Source of the DNA: a virus
IMG/VR virus record: IMGVR_UViG_3300026233_000017
Direction: 5' to 3' (one strand)
Length of the DNA: 64,000 nucleotides
The first letter of the stretch is position 1. The number at the start of each line of letters is the position of its first letter. Below, in pieces: positions 18,151 through 27,138 of this stretch. The translations under genes were made by a program, and so were the position numbers. The notes beneath the pieces are model-generated. The model saw only the letters and a list, made by a program, of their open reading frames with translations. It was not told where the DNA came from and did no database searches.

Positions 18151-20040
18151 ATGGCAGGAGTTTCCTCTGGCATCGTCTTGCAGACCACCAAGACATCGGC
18201 CAGCTCATCGTCCACGCACAGCCGGTCCAGCTACCAGACCAGCAAGACCCAGGACACAGTGCGCCACCTGTTGACCGATGACGGCCAGGGCACGTTCGGC
18301 CCGGACGGCACCATCAACTACCCGGGCAAATTCCTGAACATCAAGTTCGTCCAGTTGGACAGCAAGACCGAGGGCTACAACAGCGATTACGAGAACGCCC
18401 AGAGCTTCGAAGAAACCACCATGGGTGGCGGCGGCAGCGACCCCAGCCTCTCCACGGTGTCCAAGGGCGGCGACCGCAGCGACACCACGGTCAGTGAGGA
18501 GCTGCTGGCGGCCAGCACGGTGACGGTGACCTATGCCGAGGACTTCGCCAGTGCCCAGCACCACGTCATGAACTTCACGCCCGAGCCGGTGGTGCTGGAC
18601 CTGTGCCCCTACACCACCGACTACATCGTGCCGGGCAGCGTGCGCTTCCGCTGGATGGGCCACGTCTACGAGGACTACGACGGCGTGCTTGTGCGCGACC
18701 GTACGTCCAGCTCGCTGGGCATCGTGGCCGGCGCGCTGGACTACTCCAGTGGCGTGGCGCGCATCTTTGACTATCTGGTCGACGGCCCAGCCACGGACCT
18801 GGTGGTCGAGAGCCTGTGGACCGTGCGCCAGAACTGGACCACGGCCAGCATCTTCATGCGCACGGCCGCCGCGCCCATCAAGCCCAGCGGCTTTGTCATG
18901 AACCTGTCCGATGCCACGGGCGAGCAGATCACGGCCTCGGCCGGCATCGACGGCGTGATCTCCGGCACGCACCTGCGCGGCAAGATCGACTACCAGAGCG
19001 GCGTGGTCGAGCTGCAGTTTGGCGACTACGTGCTGGACACCTCGCTGACCGCTGCCCAGAAGGCCGAATGGTGGTACTCGGCAGACGACATCGGTGCAGT
19101 GCAGCCGAACCGCATCTGGCGCCCCTGGCCCGTGGACCCGACCACGCTGCGCTACAACAGCGTCAGCTACTTCTACCTGCCGCTGGACGCGGACGTCATC
19201 GGCCTGGACCCCGTGCGCCTGCCGCCCGATGGCCGCGTGCCCATCTACCGCGTGGGCAGCTACATCGTGATCGGCCACACCGGGACGGTCGGCCCGGTCA
19301 CTGTGACCAACGGCCAGGTCATCAACTGCGGCCGAGTGCGGCTCTCCCGTGCCTATGTCCTCGGCGCCGATGGCCAGCGTATCCAGCAGGGCTGGAGCGT
19401 GGATCTGGAGGCCGGCAAGATCACCGTCAGCGACATTACGGGCTGGGCCCAGCCCGTGACGTTCCAGCACCGGATCGAGGAGATGGCACGCGTCAGCGAC
19501 GTGCAGATCAACGGCATGCTGGCGATCACCAAGCAGCTAAGCCATGAGTTCCCCGTGGGCAGCGTAGTCTCCAGCGCGCTGATGGCCGGCACGCTGCGCG
19601 CCCGCGTCAGCCAGATGTTTGACCAGGCCACCTGGACCAACAAATGGCAGGACACGGTCGATGGTCCCGAGGCCCTGGCCAGCTACAACGACACCATCGC
19701 GCCCCTGGTCGTCACCAATGCCGGCGCGTTGCCCGAGCGCTGGATGTGCCGCTTCACCAGCGCGACAACCTTCGAGTTCATCGGCGAGCACGTCGGCAAC
19801 CTGGGCACAGGCTCCACAAACGTGGACTTCGCTCCCATCAACCCGATCAGCGGCGTGCCCTACATCACGATCCGCGCCCTCGGCTGGGGCCAGGGTTGGA
19901 GCGCCGGCAACGTGCTGCGCATCAACACCGAAGGTGGCATTGCCCCCCATGCCCTCATCCGCACCGTGCAGCCCAGCGAGGCTGTGGCAGACGACTACCA
20001 GTTCGAGCACCTGGTGCGCGGCAGCGTCGACCGTCCCTGA
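18151..20040 (+). CDS. Tail tip protein, C-terminal part (same frame as previous ORF)
   Basis: 629 aa; own SD GGGAGA; continues the DDGQG..G.INY repeat. Confidence 0.75.
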   Translation: MAGVSSGIVLQTTKTSASSSSTHSRSSYQTSKTQDTVRHLLTDDGQGTFGPDGTINYPGKFLNIKFVQLDSKTEGYNSDYENAQSFEETTMGGGGSDPSLSTVSKGGDRSDTTVSEELLAASTVTVTYAEDFASAQHHVMNFTPEPVVLDLCPYTTDYIVPGSVRFRWMGHVYEDYDGVLVRDRTSSSLGIVAGALDYSSGVARIFDYLVDGPATDLVVESLWTVRQNWTTASIFMRTAAAPIKPSGFVMNLSDATGEQITASAGIDGVISGTHLRGKIDYQSGVVELQFGDYVLDTSLTAAQKAEWWYSADDIGAVQPNRIWRPWPVDPTTLRYNSVSYFYLPLDADVIGLDPVRLPPDGRVPIYRVGSYIVIGHTGTVGPVTVTNGQVINCGRVRLSRAYVLGADGQRIQQGWSVDLEAGKITVSDITGWAQPVTFQHRIEEMARVSDVQINGMLAITKQLSHEFPVGSVVSSALMAGTLRARVSQMFDQATWTNKWQDTVDGPEALASYNDTIAPLVVTNAGALPERWMCRFTSATTFEFIGEHVGNLGTGSTNVDFAPINPISGVPYITIRALGWGQGWSAGNVLRINTEGGIAPHALIRTVQPSEAVADDYQFEHLVRGSVDRP

Positions 20041-20057
20041 TTATTTGGAGATCACCC

Positions 20058-21242
20058 ATGGCATCCCTTGTCGATACCAGCGTCAAGCACTTTCTCTCGA
20101 CCATGTACGGCGCGCCCGTGCAAAACGGCCAGGCCGGCAGCAAGATCGCCGTGCTCGATGCCTGCCTGGTCACGGGCTTCGGTCTGCGCGCGGCCACGCG
20201 CATCACGGTGGCGGCTGGCGTGGCCACGGTGGAGTTTTCCGTGGGCGCTTCGCAGCCTCCCGCGCCAGACAGCGTGCTGCTGATCGCAGGCGCCGCGCAG
20301 GCCCTGCTCAACGGCGAGCAGCGCGTGACCGAGTCGGCCAGCGGCGTGTTCAAGTTCCGCACGGCGGCGCCCGACAGCGTGGACAACGGCACGGGCATCA
20401 CGTTCAAGTTCGCGGCGCTGGGCTGGGCCAAACCGTTTTCTGGGACCAACCAGGCCGTGTATCGCTCCACCGATCCGCAGAGCTTGGGCATGTACCTCTA
20501 TGTCGATGACCGGACCACGACCGCCGCATCCATGCGTGGCTACGAAAGCATGTCGGCCATTGATACCGGGACCGGACCGTTTCCCACTGTTGCACAGCGT
20601 TCCGATGGCTGCTGGTGGGCAAAAAGTGGCTCTGCCAATGCCACCGCCACGCGCTGGCTGGTTGTGGGGGACAGCCGCTTTTTCGTCGACAACACTGCGC
20701 CGGCCACTTCTTCCACTGCGACCAGCACGGCCGGCGGGACAAGGGCCTTTGGCGATCTGTTGGCGCTGCGCCGGACGGGGGATGCATACGCTTGTCTGCT
20801 TTGCGGTGGTACATCTCAGGGAAACGTGACCGGCGGGCCCAACAATGGCAGCCTCGATACGGCATCTACTGGTTGGTACTTTTTGCCAAGGGCCATGACA
20901 GGGCTGGGAAGCAGCGTAGCCCCGGATCTCAGGAGCTACGCGGGAAGTGTGAACGCAGGTTCTGGCGCCGACTCCGGGTTGGGGATTTTTCCGAGCGATG
21001 TAGACGGTGAGCTGAAGCTCTCGCAACTATATTTGAGCAATGCTCCCGGAACAGTTAACACTCCGCGGGCGGTCGTCCCGGGATACCGGTATGTCCCACA
21101 GTCCCAGGTTGCCCAGTATTTCGAGCGCGACTCGACTCTGATCGAGGCAGTCAGCGGGCGGCGCTTGTTGGCGCTTCCGCATGGGTCCTCTGGCACGCCA
21201 GTTGGCTATGGCTTCATCGATATCACGGGGCCTTGGCGCTAA
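20058..21242 (+). CDS. Tail fibre/receptor-binding protein
   Basis: 394 aa, Ser/Thr/Gly-rich; distal two thirds has atypical codon usage. Confidence 0.7.
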   Translation: MASLVDTSVKHFLSTMYGAPVQNGQAGSKIAVLDACLVTGFGLRAATRITVAAGVATVEFSVGASQPPAPDSVLLIAGAAQALLNGEQRVTESASGVFKFRTAAPDSVDNGTGITFKFAALGWAKPFSGTNQAVYRSTDPQSLGMYLYVDDRTTTAASMRGYESMSAIDTGTGPFPTVAQRSDGCWWAKSGSANATATRWLVVGDSRFFVDNTAPATSSTATSTAGGTRAFGDLLALRRTGDAYACLLCGGTSQGNVTGGPNNGSLDTASTGWYFLPRAMTGLGSSVAPDLRSYAGSVNAGSGADSGLGIFPSDVDGELKLSQLYLSNAPGTVNTPRAVVPGYRYVPQSQVAQYFERDSTLIEAVSGRRLLALPHGSSGTPVGYGFIDITGPWR

Positions 21243-21247
21243 CGGGT

Positions 21248-21640
21248 ATGGCTGAACTGTCTTATCCAACCAGCCTCCTCCTGCCCACGGCAGTTGTGGG
21301 CGTAGGCGGGCGAGAAATCTACCAGGGGGCATATGTGGTCCAGCGCCCTGGAGCGAGTCAACTGGACTACGTGCTGGGAGGCAACGGCCTGGGCCGCGTG
21401 CGCGGTCGCACCGTCGAGCAGGAAGACAAGAACAGTCCCAAGGTGCCCGTCTCGCGCCGTGTGCGGCTGTACCGCGACCGCGACGGCCTGCTGATCCGCG
21501 AAGCCTGGAGCAACGCCCAGGGCGACTACGAATTCGCGCGCATCGACAGCACCACCGCGTACACCGTACTCAGCTACGACCATGAGGGCGACTTCCGCGC
21601 CGTGGTGGCCGACCGCGTCACGCCGGAGGCCATGCCATGA
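21248..21640 (+). CDS. Tail fibre-associated protein (prealbumin-like beta fold)
   Basis: 'RRVRLYRDRDGLLIREAWSNAQGDYEF'. Confidence 0.65.
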   Translation: MAELSYPTSLLLPTAVVGVGGREIYQGAYVVQRPGASQLDYVLGGNGLGRVRGRTVEQEDKNSPKVPVSRRVRLYRDRDGLLIREAWSNAQGDYEFARIDSTTAYTVLSYDHEGDFRAVVADRVTPEAMP

Positions 21641-22056
21641 CACTGCGCGGCGTTGAAATCACCATGGCCGCGAACGAGGCCCGCTTGCAGGGCCTGCGCG
21701 ACCTGCTGCTGGACGTGGGCTCGGGCACGGCCTGCGTGCGGTTCTTCGCGGATGCCGAGCGGCCTGCCTTCGGCGAGCCCTCGGCCCTGCCCATGTTGGT
21801 GGAGCTGCCGCTGGCCAGGCCCTGCGGCGAGATCGTCGCCGGCCGCCTGCGGCTGTTGGCCCGCGATGCAGCAGGCGCCATGATCCTTGAATCCGGCATT
21901 GCGACCTGGGGCCGCATCGTGTCGGCCAGCGGCGCGCTGGTTCTCGACGCGGATGTGTCGATCGAAGGCGGCGACGGCCAGATCCAGATCCCGGACAGCA
22001 CCCAGCTCTATGCCGGCGGCTACCTCACGCTGGCCCCGACCAGCTACATCGAGTAG
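21637..22056 (+). CDS. Tail-associated protein
   Basis: 139 aa, ATGA-coupled within late operon. Confidence 0.6.
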   Translation: MTLRGVEITMAANEARLQGLRDLLLDVGSGTACVRFFADAERPAFGEPSALPMLVELPLARPCGEIVAGRLRLLARDAAGAMILESGIATWGRIVSASGALVLDADVSIEGGDGQIQIPDSTQLYAGGYLTLAPTSYIE

Positions 22057-22059
22057 CCC

Positions 22060-23955
22060 ATGGCGATCATCGAGCTGATCTTCCGTCGCCCGCTAGCCGG
22101 TGGTTCGCCCAACGAGCTGGTGTTCGGCAATGAGGACGATTCGGGCTCGGGGCAGGACGCGGTCGCGCGGGCGGCCATCCGCCTGCCAGGCGCCCGCGTA
22201 GGCATCCGTGCCCTGCGGCGCAAGACCGCTGCCACTGCCATCCGGCTGCCTGGCGCGCGGGTCGCGCTCGGCGCGGTCTACCAGACGCGCACCGACCGCC
22301 CGGCCGTGGGCGGCACGCTGTCAGGGTTTGAAGAGGCAGCAGCTGCGCGCGGCGCCCTGGTGTCGGTCTACCAGCAGTCGGCCGTGGCCAGCAGCACCAC
22401 GCGCATCGGTGGCGGGCAGGCCATGGCTGTCGGCGCGGCCACCGTGCACCACTGGCAGGACTCGCAGCGCCTGCGCCTGGACACGCGCCAGGGCATGGGC
22501 AACGCCCTGGCCGTGGCGGGCATCACCGCCCAGGCCTGGCAGGAAGCCATCCGCGTGCACCTGGCCACGCGCCAGGGCATGGACAACGCCCTGGCCGCTC
22601 AGACGGCTGTGCTGCAGCGATTCCAGGAAGCCATCCGCGTGCGCCACGCCACCGTGCAGGCCTTCGGCGACGGTCTGCAGCGGGGCGCCTGGCACACCAG
22701 CAGCATGGGCGACGCCCTGCAGCTGGCCGTGGTCATGGGCGGTGCGCGGTATCAGGACGCCATGGTGCCGCCGCCGGGCATCACGCCGGGCCGGCCGGTC
22801 GATCCGCCCAAGCCGCCGCCGTGCTATGTGCCGCCGCCCGGGGGCGCCGTGGAGCTGGTGTTTGCGCAGGCCTGGACGGGCAGCACCGAGCTGGTCTTTT
22901 TCTGCTGCAAGGGCGGCGTCAACCCCGAGCCGCCGCGCTATGTCATTCCGCTATTAAGGGTCTACATGACTGTCCACACCATTGATGCGGTGCTGCTGCC
23001 CAGCTTGGAGCGCGTGCCGCTGCAAACCATCAGCATCACCACGAACGACGACGAGTACGGCTGGACCATGACGGCCTCGGGCAAGCTTTCGCTGCTGGAC
23101 CAACTGGCGCCACGGCAGGGCGTGCCGCAGCAGATCCGCGTCACCATCGATGGCATACAGTGGGTGTTTCTGGTCGACCCACCATCGCGCACGCGCAAGT
23201 TTGGCGAACATGCTGTGCAGCTCACCGGCCGCAGCATCACCTCGCTGCTGTCCGCGCCTGCGTTTGCGGATACGGACTGGACCAGCGCCGTGCCGCGCAC
23301 TGCCCAGCAGCTGGTGCTCGATGCGCTCGACCTCACGGGCATCGGCCTGGATTGGCAGATCGACGACTGGCTGGTGCCCGAGAACGTGTGGAGCCACAGC
23401 GGCACGCCGTTGTCGGTGGCCCAGCGGATCGCAGAGGCTGCCGGCGCCGTGGTGCGCAGCCACAGGTCGGAGCCCCGGCTGCAGATCGCACCCCGTTTTC
23501 CCCATCTTCCGTGGGCCTGGGCCGGTGCGCCTGCAGATGTTGTCATGCCTGGGCAGATCATCACCGCCGACAGCCTGCATCCGGCCCAAGCGGCCCACTT
23601 CAATGCCGTCTACATCGCGGGCACGGCGCCGGGGCGGCCGTTGGGCCATGTCACGCGTGCAGGCTCTGCGGGCGACCGGCTCGCCCCGCAGATCACGGAT
23701 GCGCTGATCACTGAGGTAGTCGCGGCCCGGATGCGCGGGCAATCCGTGCTGGCCGCGTCGGCGATCACGCACCAGCAGCCCATCACGGTGCCTCTGCTCA
23801 CAGGCGGCACCCGGCCTGGGCTGATCCTGCCTGGCTACCTGATCGAAGTGCAGGAGCCTGAGGAGACCTGGCGGGGGCTGGTACGAGGCATCACTGTTTC
23901 GGTCGACGCGCCGTCCATCCGTCAGGCCCTCGATGTCGAAAGGTCTATCGCATGA
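22060..23955 (+). CDS. Tail tip/baseplate hub-like protein
   Basis: 631 aa with about 11-aa W/F-periodic repeats, Pro linker and C-terminal hub-like region. Confidence 0.65.
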   Translation: MAIIELIFRRPLAGGSPNELVFGNEDDSGSGQDAVARAAIRLPGARVGIRALRRKTAATAIRLPGARVALGAVYQTRTDRPAVGGTLSGFEEAAAARGALVSVYQQSAVASSTTRIGGGQAMAVGAATVHHWQDSQRLRLDTRQGMGNALAVAGITAQAWQEAIRVHLATRQGMDNALAAQTAVLQRFQEAIRVRHATVQAFGDGLQRGAWHTSSMGDALQLAVVMGGARYQDAMVPPPGITPGRPVDPPKPPPCYVPPPGGAVELVFAQAWTGSTELVFFCCKGGVNPEPPRYVIPLLRVYMTVHTIDAVLLPSLERVPLQTISITTNDDEYGWTMTASGKLSLLDQLAPRQGVPQQIRVTIDGIQWVFLVDPPSRTRKFGEHAVQLTGRSITSLLSAPAFADTDWTSAVPRTAQQLVLDALDLTGIGLDWQIDDWLVPENVWSHSGTPLSVAQRIAEAAGAVVRSHRSEPRLQIAPRFPHLPWAWAGAPADVVMPGQIITADSLHPAQAAHFNAVYIAGTAPGRPLGHVTRAGSAGDRLAPQITDALITEVVAARMRGQSVLAASAITHQQPITVPLLTGGTRPGLILPGYLIEVQEPEETWRGLVRGITVSVDAPSIRQALDVERSIA

Positions 23956-24182
23956 TCATCAATCTCTTCCGCCGCCTGCAGCGGCTGCAAACCGAGCCAC
24001 CAGTCCTCTATGCCACCCTGGTGGCACGCATCGGTGCCACGGCCCGCGTGGAGTTCCCGGGCGGTGGCACGTCCATCGTCAACAACCCCCTCGAGATCGA
24101 GGCAGGCACGCCTGTGTTCGTGCGCGGCGGCGCCGTGACGGGGCCGGCCCCGGACCTCGTCTACACCCGGATCGACGTCTAG
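23952..24182 (+). CDS. Small tail tip (spike-like) protein
   Basis: 76 aa, last tail gene, followed by terminator. Confidence 0.6.
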   Translation: MIINLFRRLQRLQTEPPVLYATLVARIGATARVEFPGGGTSIVNNPLEIEAGTPVFVRGGAVTGPAPDLVYTRIDV

Positions 24183-24202
24183 ATCCGTATCCGCTTTTCA
24201 GC

Positions 24203-24236
24203 GCCCGCCGCGTGGCAACACCGGCGGGCTTTTTTG
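24203..24236 (+). terminator. Intrinsic terminator between tail and lysis genes
   Basis: GCCCGCCG...CGGCGGGC then TTTTTT. Confidence 0.75.
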
Positions 24237-24260
24237 TGTCCTGAAGAAATGGAGTCCCCT

Positions 24261-25256
24261 GTGAATCCCCTCAAGCGTTGGCGGTGGTGGGCCGTGCTGG
24301 CCTTGCCTCTGGCTGTGATCGTCATCAACTCCCTCGGTCCCAACGGCTGGCGCGAGCCCGTGGTGCGGCTGCTGTGGCTGTCGTGGACCGCCGTGGCAGT
24401 GGCCGTGGCTCTGAGTGCGTCCAAGGCCATGGCCGACTATGCCCACGGCCGCGATGCATGGATCAAGGCCCTTGAGCATCCCATCGGCGCCGGGCTGGCC
24501 TTTCTTGCGCTGTGCGTGCTGCGTGGCGCCATGGTCGTGGCCATCGTCTGGGCATCGATGACGCAGTTTGCCCAGGCTGGCGAACTGCAGGCGCGCCAGC
24601 CCGCCGGCCTGGCCAGGGCCGAGGCCATGGCGCCGATGATCGTCGACGAGATCAACGCCCATTGGCCCAAGATCCCCCGCCGCAGCTACCTGGGCGCGCT
24701 GTTCGAGCAGGAGTCCTGCCGATCGCTCACGCACTCCATGTGCTGGTCTTCGACCGCGCGTCTCAAGACCTCGCGGGAAGAGGGTGGCGGACTGGCCCAG
24801 CTCACGCGCGCATGGACTAAGAGCGGCGCCCTGCGCTTTGACAGCCTGGACGAAGTGCGGCGCATGGCCCCATCCGCCCTCGAGGATCTGGATTGGCAGT
24901 CGGTCTACGAGCGGCCCGAGCTGAGCGTGCGCGCGGCGATCATCAAGCTGCGCGGCTGCGATGCGCGCCTGCAGGCGCTGTCGCCAGACCTTGATGCACT
25001 GGTGCGCGTGGCCTTCTGCGACGCGGCATACAACGGCGGCTGGAGCCACCTCCAGCAGGACCGCCAGCTGTGCACGTTGCGGGCAGGCTGCGACGCCGAC
25101 CAGTGGTTCGGCCACGTCGAGCTGCACAGCGTCAAGAGCCGCGAGAAGTGGCAGGGCTATGGCCAAAGCGCCTATGACATCAACCGGGAGCACGTGCGCA
25201 ACACCGTGCCGCTGCTGTCCAGGCGACTGAAGTACTTGCCGTGGCTGGGGGTGTAG
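24261..25256 (+). CDS. Endolysin: SLT-type lytic transglycosylase with N-terminal 3-TM holin-like domain
   Basis: SD GGAG plus GTG at 24261; three hydrophobic helices; SLT motifs 'EQES', 'GLAQ', 'AYNGG'. Confidence 0.8.
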   Translation: MNPLKRWRWWAVLALPLAVIVINSLGPNGWREPVVRLLWLSWTAVAVAVALSASKAMADYAHGRDAWIKALEHPIGAGLAFLALCVLRGAMVVAIVWASMTQFAQAGELQARQPAGLARAEAMAPMIVDEINAHWPKIPRRSYLGALFEQESCRSLTHSMCWSSTARLKTSREEGGGLAQLTRAWTKSGALRFDSLDEVRRMAPSALEDLDWQSVYERPELSVRAAIIKLRGCDARLQALSPDLDALVRVAFCDAAYNGGWSHLQQDRQLCTLRAGCDADQWFGHVELHSVKSREKWQGYGQSAYDINREHVRNTVPLLSRRLKYLPWLGV

Positions 25257-25258
25257 CC

Positions 25259-25777
25259 ATGCTCGAAGCCATCAAGTCCAAGGCCTGGCAGGCCGGCGCC
25301 CTGGTGCTGGCCGCACTGCTGGCCCTGCAGACCTGGCGCCTGCACGGCGAGCAGCTCGCCCACCAGCGCCTGATCGCGGCCCAGGCCCAGCAAGTGGCCG
25401 GCCAGGCCGTCGCGGGTCTGACCTTGGAGCGAAAGCTCGCCACATCCGAATCCACCCACGCAGCACAAACCCAGGAGGCATCCGATGCATTCACCCAGGC
25501 CCGCCCTGCGCGCGACGCTGTTGTGCGCGCTGATCTCGACCGTGTTGAGCGGCTGCGCCTCGCCGCCGAACGCAGCGCAGCCACTGCCCGGGCGCAAGCC
25601 CAGGCCAACGCCGCTGCCGGCCGCGATCTTGCAGATCGATACGGCGCCCTCGCTCAGCACGTTGCAAGCGGGGCAGCAGTGGTTGCAGGACTCCGAGCGG
25701 ATCTTGCACGTCGAGACGATGAGGTAGTGCTGCTGCGCACCCAGATCGACGTCGACCGGGGCCTGCTGGCCCCCTGA
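25259..25777 (+). CDS. i-spanin (Rz-like)
   Basis: N-terminal TM followed by Ala-rich coiled coil, after endolysin. Confidence 0.8.
   Translation: MLEAIKSKAWQAGALVLAALLALQTWRLHGEQLAHQRLIAAQAQQVAGQAVAGLTLERKLATSESTHAAQTQEASDAFTQARPARDAVVRADLDRVERLRLAAERSAATARAQAQANAAAGRDLADRYGALAQHVASGAAVVAGLRADLARRDDEVVLLRTQIDVDRGLLAP
25485..25727 (+). CDS. o-spanin (Rz1-like lipoprotein), fully embedded in +1 frame
   Basis: SD AGGAGG at 25473-25478; lipobox LSGC; Pro-rich mature part. Confidence 0.85.
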   Translation: MHSPRPALRATLLCALISTVLSGCASPPNAAQPLPGRKPRPTPLPAAILQIDTAPSLSTLQAGQQWLQDSERILHVETMR

Positions 25778-25788
25778 AAAAAAGAACG

Positions 25789-25888
25789 AGGCGACCGGGT
25801 CGGTGCTGTAACACCGACCAAGCCGCCGAACCCACAGAACGCGCCTGTGAGCCCAGCCGAGGCCCCGTCCACCTGTACAGGCGGGGGC
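25789..25888 (+). ncRNA. Candidate structured leader upstream of DNA methylase
   Basis: Three hairpins: GGTCGGTG/CACCGACC, CACAG/CTGTG, CCCCG..CCT-gtac-AGG.CGGGG; no ORF. Confidence 0.35.
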
Positions 25889-25913
25889 AATATATCAAAC
25901 TCTGGAGCCCATC

Positions 25914-26708
25914 ATGGCGAACCCTATCGTCCCCTGGCTTGGCGGCAAGCGCCGTCTGGCCGATGTCATCGTGCCCCGTTTCCCCCCGCACAAGTGCTAC
26001 GTCGAGGTCTTTGCAGGAGGCGCGGCGCTCTATTTCATGCGCCCGCCGGCCGAGGTCGAAGTCATCAACGATATCAATGGCGAGCTGGTCAATCTGTACC
26101 GGATCGTGCAGAGGCACCTCGAAGAATTTGTGCGCCAGTTCAAGTGGGCGTTGTCCTCGCGCGAGGTCTTCAAATGGCTGCAGATCACACGGCCGGAAAC
26201 CCTGACCGACATCGAGCGCGCGGCGCGTTTCTACTACCTCCAGCACCAAGCCTTCGGCGGCAAGGTTTCCGGTCAGACGTGGGGCACGGCCACGACCGCG
26301 CCCGCCCCCACGGTGAATCTCCTACGGCTCGAAGAGGATCTGAGTGCGGCCCACATGCGGCTGCATGGTGCCTACATCGAGCGCCTTGATTGGCAAGACT
26401 GCATGAAGCGGTACGACCGGCCACACACGCTGTTTTATTTGGACCCCCCGTATTGGGAAACCGAGGGGTACGGCGTGCCTTTCCCCTGGGCGGAATACGA
26501 GGCGATGGCCGACCGCATGCGCAACCTGCAGGGCAAGGCAGTGCTGAGCATCAACGACCATCCGGCCATTCGGGAATGCTTCGCTGGCCTGCACGTCGAG
26601 GTCGTGCCGATCACGTACATCGTGGCCGGCGGCGGCAGCGGCGTGCAGCGCACCGAGCTGGTCTACAGCAGTTGGGATCGTGCTGCGGAGCCCGTCGGGC
26701 TGTTTTGA
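25914..26708 (+). CDS. DNA adenine methyltransferase (Dam/D12 class), orphan
   Basis: 'PWLGGK', 'EVFAGG', 'NDIN', catalytic 'DPPY'. Confidence 0.92.
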   Translation: MANPIVPWLGGKRRLADVIVPRFPPHKCYVEVFAGGAALYFMRPPAEVEVINDINGELVNLYRIVQRHLEEFVRQFKWALSSREVFKWLQITRPETLTDIERAARFYYLQHQAFGGKVSGQTWGTATTAPAPTVNLLRLEEDLSAAHMRLHGAYIERLDWQDCMKRYDRPHTLFYLDPPYWETEGYGVPFPWAEYEAMADRMRNLQGKAVLSINDHPAIRECFAGLHVEVVPITYIVAGGGSGVQRTELVYSSWDRAAEPVGLF

Positions 26709-26722
26709 CTTTTGCGGCCGAG

Positions 26723-26932
26723 TCAACCCTCTGGGCACCACTCCATTGCCCAATCCAAAGCATCTTCAGCTGTGGGGTACGGCCCATCAAAGGCTTGGAT
26801 GCCGCGCTCGTTGTCCCAGAGGGTGCCGGACCAGCGCCGGGCGGCTGGAAATGGTAGGTGGCTGTAGTCCACTACGACGGCATACCAGCCGGGGTGGACT
26901 GGCACTCCATCCCAAGTGAGTCCGTCAGGCAT
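26723..26932 (-). CDS. Hypothetical protein (SOS operon gene 3), Trp/acidic-rich
   Basis: 69 aa, overlaps upstream stop by 8 nt. Confidence 0.55.
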   Translation of the reverse strand: MPDGLTWDGVPVHPGWYAVVVDYSHLPFPAARRWSGTLWDNERGIQAFDGPYPTAEDALDWAMEWCPEG

Positions 26933-27092
26933 GACGCACCGGCAGGATCTGCACCGGCCCTAGTCCACTATGCACGACTTGGCCGCCGGGTCCAAAAACG
27001 ACGAACCAGTCGGGCGCCTGCTGTTCTATTCGGTACTCTTCCGGGCGGCCAGGCAGTAACTCCTCCTCTGGCCTGCCAAACCAGGGGTGCAT
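26925..27092 (-). CDS. Hypothetical protein (SOS operon gene 2)
   Basis: 55 aa from ATG at 27092. Confidence 0.5.
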   Translation of the reverse strand: MHPWFGRPEEELLPGRPEEYRIEQQAPDWFVVFGPGGQVVHSGLGPVQILPVRHA

Positions 27093-27138
27093 ACGCAGAA
27101 TCGTCGGATAGATCAGCGGCGGATGCATAACTGGCTCC

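Noticed and set aside
20058-21640. Diversity-generating retroelement or invertible tail-fibre switch
   Set aside because: No reverse transcriptase, no template/variable repeat pair, no invertase, no inverted crossover sites.
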